IMG/VR virus record: IMGVR_UViG_3300047288_000113
Span: 1-28,660 of that record
DNA length: 28,660 bases
Strand: one strand, 5' to 3'
From: a virus
Taxonomy: Duplodnaviria > Caudoviricetes
Under the pieces are notes generated by a model, which saw only the letters and a list, made by a program, of their open reading frames with translations, was not told the DNA's origin and searched no databases. This document shows positions 22,246 to 28,660 of this stretch, one piece after another; position 1 is the stretch's first letter, and each line of letters starts with the position of its first letter. The position numbers and the translations under genes are program-made.

Positions 22246-23886
22246 ATGGACTCACGCGCAGACGAAATAATCCGACGCCACGAGCGCCTTAAATCCGAGC
22301 GCTCCATTTGGGAGTCGCACTGGCAAGAGCTAGCCGAGCGCATCTGGCCAGATCGGGCGCAGTTCACCGAGCGCAAGCTCACCGAGGGCGGCAAGCGCAA
22401 TGAGCGCATGTTCGATGCCACGGCTGCGCTGGCGCTCACCCGATTTGCTGCGGCGATGGAGTCAATGCTCACGCCACGGACGTCCAAGTGGCACAGGCTG
22501 CGCGTGCAGGACGAGGATCTGAACGAGTCGCCTGCGGTGCAGCGCTATCTCGATCAGGTGACAAACATTCTTTTCCGTGTGCGGTACTCGGCTAATGCGA
22601 ATTTCGCATCACAGATGCACGAGGCGTATATGTCGCTTGGCTCGTTCGGAACCGGCGGCGTGCTGGTCGAGGACATGCTTGGCGTTGGCATCCGGTATAA
22701 GTCGGTTGATCTGGCAAACCTGTATTTCTGCGAAAACCGCCACGGCATTATCGACACGGCGCATCGCTGGTTTGAATACACGGCGCGCCAGGCGATGCAG
22801 CACTTCGACCCTGACAAGCTGCCCGCGAAAATCCGCGACTTTGCCGAGAAAAACCCCGAGCAGAAGTTCGAGTTTATCCATTGCGTGAAGCCCAATGCCG
22901 AGCGCAAGCGCGGCGAGACCGGCTATCGCGGCATGGAGTATGCGTCCTACTACATCTGCCTGGACTCCAAGTCGATAGTGGAAGAGGGCGGGTATCGCAC
23001 CATGCCGTATGCGCTTGGCCGCTACATCACGACGCCTGGCGAGACCTATGGTCGCGGGCCGGCCATGCTGGTGCTGCCGGATATCAAGATGCTGAACGAA
23101 ATGAAAAAGACGATCATTCGTTCTGCGCATTTGGCTGTGTCGCCACCGTTGCTGCTGCAGGAAGATGGCGCGCTGCAGGCGTTCGATCTGCGGCCTAATG
23201 CTTTGAATTTTGGCGGCGTGGATGAGCGCGGCCAGGAGTTGGTCAAACCGCTAAGGATCGAGGGCCGGCTGGATATCGGCATGGAAATGATCGAGCAGCA
23301 GCAGCGGGTGATCAATGACGCATTCCTGGTGACGCTTTTCCAGATTCTGGTCGATGCGCCCAACATGACGGCTACCGAGGCGATGCTGCGGGCGCAGGAA
23401 AAGGGCGCGCTCTTGGCGCCCACGATGGGTCGCCAGCAGTCGGAAATGCTAGGGCCACTGATCGAGCGCGAGCTGGACATTCTGGCGCGCGCCGGGATGC
23501 TGCCAGAAATGCCGCCCGAGCTGGCCGAGCTTGGTGGCGATGTCGAGATCGAGTACGTGTCGCCTTTGAACCGGGCGCAGCGTGCCGAGGATGGTGTGGC
23601 GATCCTGCGTACCTTTGAGTCGATTGCGCCGCTTGCTCAGATCGATCCGCGTGTGCTTAAGGCGTTTGATATGGTCGAGGCTGCGCGTGAGCTGGCCGAC
23701 ATTAATGGCGTGCCTGCCAAGATCAAGCGTTCCGATGATGAGATTGCGGAAATGGACGATGCCGAGCAGCAGGCAATGGCCGCGCAGCAGATGCTCGAGG
23801 CCGCGCCTGTGGCGGCCAATACCGCTAAGACGCTGGCTGAAACGCAGCAGATCGCGGCTCAGGGCACGCCGGCGGTGATGCCATGA
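22246..23886 (+). CDS. Portal (head-tail connector, T7 gp8-like family)
   Basis: WESHWQELAERIWP, YGRGPAM..LPDIKMLN, MTATE...R.QEK..LL.P and IEYVSPL motifs. Confidence 0.93.
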   Translation: MDSRADEIIRRHERLKSERSIWESHWQELAERIWPDRAQFTERKLTEGGKRNERMFDATAALALTRFAAAMESMLTPRTSKWHRLRVQDEDLNESPAVQRYLDQVTNILFRVRYSANANFASQMHEAYMSLGSFGTGGVLVEDMLGVGIRYKSVDLANLYFCENRHGIIDTAHRWFEYTARQAMQHFDPDKLPAKIRDFAEKNPEQKFEFIHCVKPNAERKRGETGYRGMEYASYYICLDSKSIVEEGGYRTMPYALGRYITTPGETYGRGPAMLVLPDIKMLNEMKKTIIRSAHLAVSPPLLLQEDGALQAFDLRPNALNFGGVDERGQELVKPLRIEGRLDIGMEMIEQQQRVINDAFLVTLFQILVDAPNMTATEAMLRAQEKGALLAPTMGRQQSEMLGPLIERELDILARAGMLPEMPPELAELGGDVEIEYVSPLNRAQRAEDGVAILRTFESIAPLAQIDPRVLKAFDMVEAARELADINGVPAKIKRSDDEIAEMDDAEQQAMAAQQMLEAAPVAANTAKTLAETQQIAAQGTPAVMP

Positions 23887-24176
23887 TCGACCGCATCCAG
23901 AAGATCCTGAACCGTCGGCAGGCATACCGGCGGATGTTCCTGGGCAACGATGGAAAGCTGACGAAAGACGCGGAGCTTGTGATTAACGATCTGGCGCGCT
24001 TTTGCCGGCTGCATCGTTCGACTAGCGTGATTTCTTTGACTACGCGGCAGACGGACGTGCCTGCCACGTTTCAGGCTGAGGGGAGGCGGGAGGTAATCCT
24101 GCGGATCCTTGGTCACTTGCACGTCGATGATGCGGACTTAGTCCGTTTAACCGAAAGAGAGGCAATCAATGAGTGA
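23883..24176 (+). CDS. Small conserved head-module protein
   Basis: VINDLARFC...EGRREVILRI motif; lies between portal and scaffold. Confidence 0.8.
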   Translation: MIDRIQKILNRRQAYRRMFLGNDGKLTKDAELVINDLARFCRLHRSTSVISLTTRQTDVPATFQAEGRREVILRILGHLHVDDADLVRLTEREAINE

Positions 24177-25017
24177 TGCAGCGAACGGGTCGGCTCCTGC
24201 CGGCAACCCGGCAGGCCAGGCGCCCGCCGGTGACGGTGGCGCAGGTGGTGCTGCGCCGCAAGATTGGACTACGGGTTTTCCCGATGAGATTAGGGGTGTA
24301 ATTCAGACGAAAGGCTGGAAAAACCCCGGCGATGTGATTTCGTCCTACTCAAACCTTGAGCGTTTGCTTGGCGCTGACAAGGCCGGGCGCGGGGTGGTGC
24401 TGCCCAAGGATGACGCGCCTGCTGATGAGTGGGCGCAGTTTTACCAGCGCCTGGGCCGGCCTGAGTCGGTGGATGGCTACAAGCTGCCCCTGCCTGAAGG
24501 AGATACTGGCGCGTTTGCCAAGACCGCATCGCAGTGGTTCCACGAGGCGGGCCTGACCACCAAGCAGGCCGAGACGCTGGCGGCCAAGTGGAACGAGTAC
24601 GCTGGCGGCACGATGCAGCAGCAGCAGGCGCAGTTTGAGCAGCAGGCTGCTCTTGACCTGCAGGATCTGCAGAAAACCTGGGGCGACAAGTTTGATGCCA
24701 ATGCCGAGCTTGCCCGTCGCGCCCGCCGTGAGGCCGGGCTTACGGACGACGAGGGGCTTGCCATCGAGCGTGCGCTTGGCCTGAAAAAGGCCGCCGAGGT
24801 GTTTGCTTTCCTGGGAAAGCAGTTTGCCGAGGCGCCCATGAAGGGTGGCGAGGGCTCCGGCCGTGGCTCGTTTGGGGCCACACCGGAAGATGCCAAGGCC
24901 CGGATTGCGGCTCTGAAGGGCGACAAGGAGTGGACGGCTCGTTACCTCAACGGTGACGTGGACGCCCGCGCTGAGTTCGAGCGCCTGCACAAGATTGCAT
25001 TCCCTGCGTCTGCATGA
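24169..25017 (+). CDS. Capsid scaffolding/assembly protein
   Basis: Low-complexity N-terminus, FYQRLGRPE..DGY, LQKTWGDKFD; precedes the capsid gene. Confidence 0.82.
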   Translation: MSDAANGSAPAGNPAGQAPAGDGGAGGAAPQDWTTGFPDEIRGVIQTKGWKNPGDVISSYSNLERLLGADKAGRGVVLPKDDAPADEWAQFYQRLGRPESVDGYKLPLPEGDTGAFAKTASQWFHEAGLTTKQAETLAAKWNEYAGGTMQQQQAQFEQQAALDLQDLQKTWGDKFDANAELARRARREAGLTDDEGLAIERALGLKKAAEVFAFLGKQFAEAPMKGGEGSGRGSFGATPEDAKARIAALKGDKEWTARYLNGDVDARAEFERLHKIAFPASA

Positions 25018-25222
25018 TAGGATTTTCCCATCAGCGGTGGTAACATCGCTGCGACTGGCCGCCGTAAGCGGCCACCAGTTTCGCGGACAAGCCATAAAAA
25101 GCCCCGCTGACCGCATCAAAGATGCCGCCTGGCTCGAGTGTTTCGGGCAAGAAGCCGGCCCCGAGTTTTCTCGGACAAGCCCTTCGGAAAATCGACAGTT
25201 ATCTTTTTTCTAGGAGGGACAA
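24995..25222 (+). promoter_or_regulatory. Capsid-gene promoter, operator-like site and structured leader
   Basis: TTGCAT-17-TAGGAT; TGATA-N9-CATCA at 25015; hairpins at 25032-25051 and 25056-25074; CGGACAAGCC twice. Confidence 0.55.
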
Positions 25223-26116
25223 ATGTCCATCAATTTGACTACGCATTATGTGCAGCAGTACAGCACAAACATCCAGCTTCTGCTCCAGCAGAAGGGTTCT
25301 AAACTTCGCAATTCGGTCACCGTCGGTTCTTATGTCGGCAAGGCTGCCAGCCCTGTTGATCAGATCGGCAAAATCGAAATGCAATCGGTTAATGCACGCT
25401 TTGCCCCGATGGGTCGCGTGGATGCACCGACCGACCGTCGTTGGGTATACCCGAACGACTTTGATCTACCCCAGTTGATCGACTCGTTCGACAAGCTGCG
25501 CCTGATCACTGATCCGCAGTCGTCTTACGTTCAGAACGCTGTTATGGCGGCTGGTCGTCAGTTTGACCGCTTGATCTGCTCGGCCTTCACCGGCACTTCA
25601 AAGACCGGCGAGACTGGCGCTACTTCCACTTCTTTTGCTTCTGGCAACGAGGTAGATGTGGCTGTTGGTGGATCTAACTCGAAGCTAAACCTTGCCAAGC
25701 TGCGCGAAGTGAAGCGCCTGATGATGGCCAACCATATCGATTTCGATACGGAAGAGGCTTATGTCGGCATCACTGCAGCTGACCATGACGCTCTCTTGGG
25801 CGAGATCCAGATCGTATCTGCTGACTACAACGGCGGCATGCCGGTGTTGAAAGACGGAAAGATCATGGAGTTCATGGGCTTTAAGTTCATTCACTGCGAG
25901 CTGATCGAGACCATCCTGGCCGGCACCAATGAGGTGACGCTGCCTGTGTGGGTGAAGTCGGGCATGCACTTGGGCGTGTGGAATGACATTGAGAATTCCG
26001 TCGACCAGCGTAACGACCTACAGGGTCGCCCTTGGCAGCTTTACACGATCATGACTGCTGGTGCTACTCGCCTTGAGGAAAACAAGGTGTACGCCATCGA
26101 GTCGTATCGCGCCTAA
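25223..26116 (+). CDS. Major capsid protein
   Basis: YVQQYSTNIQLLLQQKGSKLR, IDSFDKLRLITDPQSSY and GATRLEENKV; AGGAGG RBS; position after the scaffold. Confidence 0.92.
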   Translation: MSINLTTHYVQQYSTNIQLLLQQKGSKLRNSVTVGSYVGKAASPVDQIGKIEMQSVNARFAPMGRVDAPTDRRWVYPNDFDLPQLIDSFDKLRLITDPQSSYVQNAVMAAGRQFDRLICSAFTGTSKTGETGATSTSFASGNEVDVAVGGSNSKLNLAKLREVKRLMMANHIDFDTEEAYVGITAADHDALLGEIQIVSADYNGGMPVLKDGKIMEFMGFKFIHCELIETILAGTNEVTLPVWVKSGMHLGVWNDIENSVDQRNDLQGRPWQLYTIMTAGATRLEENKVYAIESYRA

Positions 26117-26138
26117 CCGTGACTAAAGGAGAGAAATC

Positions 26139-26651
26139 ATGGCAGTTGTAGATCGTAATTCCACCGCTATTGCGGACATGGTCGCGGTTCCCAAGGTGCT
26201 TGTGAACCCGAGCAAGGGTGCTGCTGGTCAGGTGTTTGAAACCACCGGCACCGTGACCACTGCAAACGATGACAGCGCAAACAGCATCGGCCGTTTTTGC
26301 CGTGTGCCGTCTAACGCTCGAATCTCGCAGGTTTTGCTCTCGACCAACGCTGCAGCTTCGACTGCTGGCGCTGTTGACATCGGTGTCTATCAGACAGCCG
26401 ATAACGGCGGCGCTGTGGTTGACGCTGACCTGTTCGGCAGCGCCGTTGCGCTAACTTCGACCAAGCGTGAAAACTCCGACGTGACCTACGAGTCCGGCGA
26501 GTACACGATGGCCGAGTCTGCTCAACCGTTGTGGCAGGTGCTTGGTCTGACCGCTGATCCTAATCGTGATTACGATATTGCGTACACAATCACGACCACG
26601 TTCAACGGTGGCCCGACCAGCATGAACCTGAAGGTTCGTTACGTCATCTAA
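26139..26651 (+). CDS. Putative capsid cement/decoration protein
   Basis: Beta-rich 170 aa directly after the capsid gene, strong AAGGAG RBS, followed by a terminator-like hairpin. Confidence 0.7.
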   Translation: MAVVDRNSTAIADMVAVPKVLVNPSKGAAGQVFETTGTVTTANDDSANSIGRFCRVPSNARISQVLLSTNAAASTAGAVDIGVYQTADNGGAVVDADLFGSAVALTSTKRENSDVTYESGEYTMAESAQPLWQVLGLTADPNRDYDIAYTITTTFNGGPTSMNLKVRYVI

Positions 26652-26657
26652 CAAGTC

Positions 26658-26681
26658 GGGGCCGGGCAACCGGCCCCTTCT
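26658..26681 (+). terminator. Rho-independent terminator-like hairpin
   Basis: GGGGCCGG-GCAA-CCGGCCCC followed by a weak TTCT tail. Confidence 0.65.
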
Positions 26682-26698
26682 AAATTGCGAGGTCAATC

Positions 26699-26896
26699 AT
26701 GGCAGATCGTTTTTACTCCGTTGTAAAAGGTGAGCACAACCCCGATCAGGTGACTGAAGGCGCGAGCACTTCAGGCGAGGCCATTGAGCTTCGCGTTAAT
26801 GACTCGGTGTATGCAAACAAGATCGACGTCATTCTCGGCCTTCGCGCGATCCTGATGTACTTGGAGAGCTCGAAAGAAACCAGCCCGATTGCCTAA
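26699..26896 (+). CDS. Hypothetical virion protein (65 aa)
   Basis: GAGG RBS; fills the gap in the structural operon. Confidence 0.7.
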   Translation: MADRFYSVVKGEHNPDQVTEGASTSGEAIELRVNDSVYANKIDVILGLRAILMYLESSKETSPIA

Positions 26897-26902
26897 TCCG
26901 CA

Positions 26903-27502
26903 ATGGCCAGCCGGGTCGAGATTGCTAACCGCGCGCTTACCAAAGTTGGCGAGGCGCGGATCATGTCTTTGGATGATGACGTCGAGGCTGCTCGCGTCAT
27001 TTCTGCACTTTGGGACGTTGTGCGCGATGCCGAGCTTCGCTCCCGAAATTGGAATTTTTCAGTAAAGCGAGAGGCTCTAGCGGCCTTGTCTGCTGCTCCG
27101 TCATGGGGCTTTGCCGTTCAGTACCAGCTTCCGTCTGACTGCCTGCGCGTGGTGCAGGTTGGCGAGTTCTTTCCTGGCCCGTCCATGTCGGACTACCGCA
27201 ATCGCAGCGAGTCGATGTGGCAGATCGAGGGCGGGAAAATCCTTACAGATTACGAGGCGCCGCTTAAGATCCGATATGTGGCGCGCATCGAGGACACTGG
27301 CTCGTGGGATGCGCTGTTCGTTGAGGTGTTTGCCTGCCGGTTGGCGGTTGAAATCTGCGAGCGCATCACGCAGTCGAACACCAAGCGCGAGCTTGCGTGG
27401 AATGAATACGGCGATGCAATCAAATCGGCGGTGCGTGCTGACGCCATAGAGAACCCGCCAGAGCCTTTGCCCGACGACTCTTGGATGCTTTCGAGGCTGT
27501 AA
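26903..27502 (+). CDS. Tail tubular protein A / head-tail adaptor
   Basis: VEIANRALTKVGE..I.SL, WNFSVKR, YQLPSDCLRV and DALFVE motifs. Confidence 0.88.
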   Translation: MASRVEIANRALTKVGEARIMSLDDDVEAARVISALWDVVRDAELRSRNWNFSVKREALAALSAAPSWGFAVQYQLPSDCLRVVQVGEFFPGPSMSDYRNRSESMWQIEGGKILTDYEAPLKIRYVARIEDTGSWDALFVEVFACRLAVEICERITQSNTKRELAWNEYGDAIKSAVRADAIENPPEPLPDDSWMLSRL

Positions 27503-28660
27503 ATGCCAAAGGCCAGCCCGATACAGTCGTCGTTTAATGCTGGCGAGTTTGCCCCTGAGCTCGACGGCCGCACCGACATTGGCAAGTATTCGGCTGCCTG
27601 CAGCCGGATGGAGAATTTCATCCCGTTGATTCAAGGCCCGGCCCGTCGTCGTGGCGGCACGCGGTTTGTGAACGAGGTTAAGGATTCGACGAAGCGCACC
27701 TGGCTTGCCCGGTTTGAGTTCAACACCGAGCAGGCGTATGTGCTTGAGTTTGGTCACCTGTATGTCCGGTTTTACACGGACAACGGCGTTTTGGAGTCAT
27801 CGCCTGGCGTGCCTGTCGAGGTGACGACGCCTTGGTCTGAGTCGGACATGATCAATACCGACGGCGGGTTTGCGCTGCAGATGGTGCAGTCTGGCGACAT
27901 TCTTTACATCTGCCATCCCAATTACGCGCCGCGCAAGCTGTCGCGCACCGGCGCCACCACTTGGTCGATTTCAACGCTTACGCCTGAAGGCGGGCCCTTT
28001 GATGACTACGATCCCGACGAGACGCGCACCGTTTATGCGTCGGCTCAGACTGGGTCGGTGACGCTTACCGCGTCGACCGGCATCTTTGCTTCGACCGATG
28101 TCGGCCGGCTGTTCTACTTGGAACAGAAAAAAGCCAACGCCATAACGCAATGGGAAACCGCAAAGTCGATCACTGCGGGAGATTTGCGCCGATCGGACGG
28201 CAAGACTTACAAGGCTTTAAACACGGCCACGACCGGCAACATCAAGCCCACGCACACGGTCGGCTCTGAGTACGATGGCAATGCCGGCGTGCAGTGGGAA
28301 TATCAAGACGCCGGTTACGGGTGGGCGCAGATCACCGCTTACACCAATTCGACCACGGTCACGGCTACGGTTTTGTCTGCGCTGCCTGAGCAGGCTGTCG
28401 GATCTGGCAATGCCACGACAAGGTGGGCTTTCGGATCCTGGGGCAGCGTGCCTGGCTATCCGTCGCATGTGACGTTTTTTCGCAACAGGCTAGTGTTTGC
28501 CCGCGCTAAAGATCGCAAGCTGTGGTTTTCGGTGGCGGCCGATTACGAGAATTTCCAAGACAGGGACGAGGGTGGCCAGGTCACGGCGGACATGGCCGTG
28601 TCGCTCAATGTCGAGTCCGATCAATCAAATCAGATTCAGTACCTGATGCCAGAGGATGCC
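27503..28660 (+). CDS. Tail tubular protein B / nozzle (partial, runs off the window)
   Basis: Hand translation of the start: MPKASPIQSSFNAGEFAPELDGRTD...NFIPLIQGPARRRGGTRFV; later GYPSHVTFFRNRLVFA. Absent from the ORF track, consistent with no stop before the window end. Confidence 0.88.
   Translation, partial: MPKASPIQSSFNAGEFAPELDGRTDIGKYSAACSRMENFIPLIQGPARRRGGTRFVNEVKDSTKRTWLARFEFNTEQAYVLEFGHLYVRFYTDNGVLESSPGVPVEVTTPWSESDMINTDGGFALQMVQSGDILYICHPNYAPRKLSRTGATTWSISTLTPEGGPFDDYDPDETRTVYASAQTGSVTLTASTGIFASTDVGRLFYLEQKKANAITQWETAKSITAGDLRRSDGKTYKALNTATTGNIKPTHTVGSEYDGNAGVQWEYQDAGYGWAQITAYTNSTTVTATVLSALPEQAVGSGNATTRWAFGSWGSVPGYPSHVTFFRNRLVFARAKDRKLWFSVAADYENFQDRDEGGQVTADMAVSLNVESDQSNQIQYLMPEDA

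Overview
About 28.7 kb of a GC-rich, short-tailed (podovirus-like) phage genome with Bordetella phage BPP-1-like architecture, read from the tail fibre gene round to the start of tail tubular protein B. Gene order: tail fibre; a complete diversity-generating retroelement (mtd with VR, avd, TR, spacer, RT); lysis genes (Rz/Rz1, holin, SAR endolysin); a truncated gene fused to a tRNA-Phe 3' half (attP-like, no integrase in the window); a leftward early operon (RecE-like nuclease, putative annealing protein, Xis-like HTH, many small coupled ORFs); cI/cro switch; replication genes (SF2 helicase, DUF2829/Tad2-like, SSB-like, VRR-NUC, Toprim-VapE primase, putative origin); ParB-methyltransferase; terminase; accessory virion genes; portal, scaffold, capsid, cement and tail tube genes. 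The DGR is the clearest system but belongs to a known class. The less expected observations are: a D[YW]GLI peptide shared by the tail fibre tip and a repeat protein (possible Mtd docking sites), an orphan attP joined to a broken gene, a 19-bp operator found nine times at early and late promoter-like sites, and a non-canonical DGR target hairpin. Family assignments come from motif recognition and recalled reference sequences; no database searches were run.
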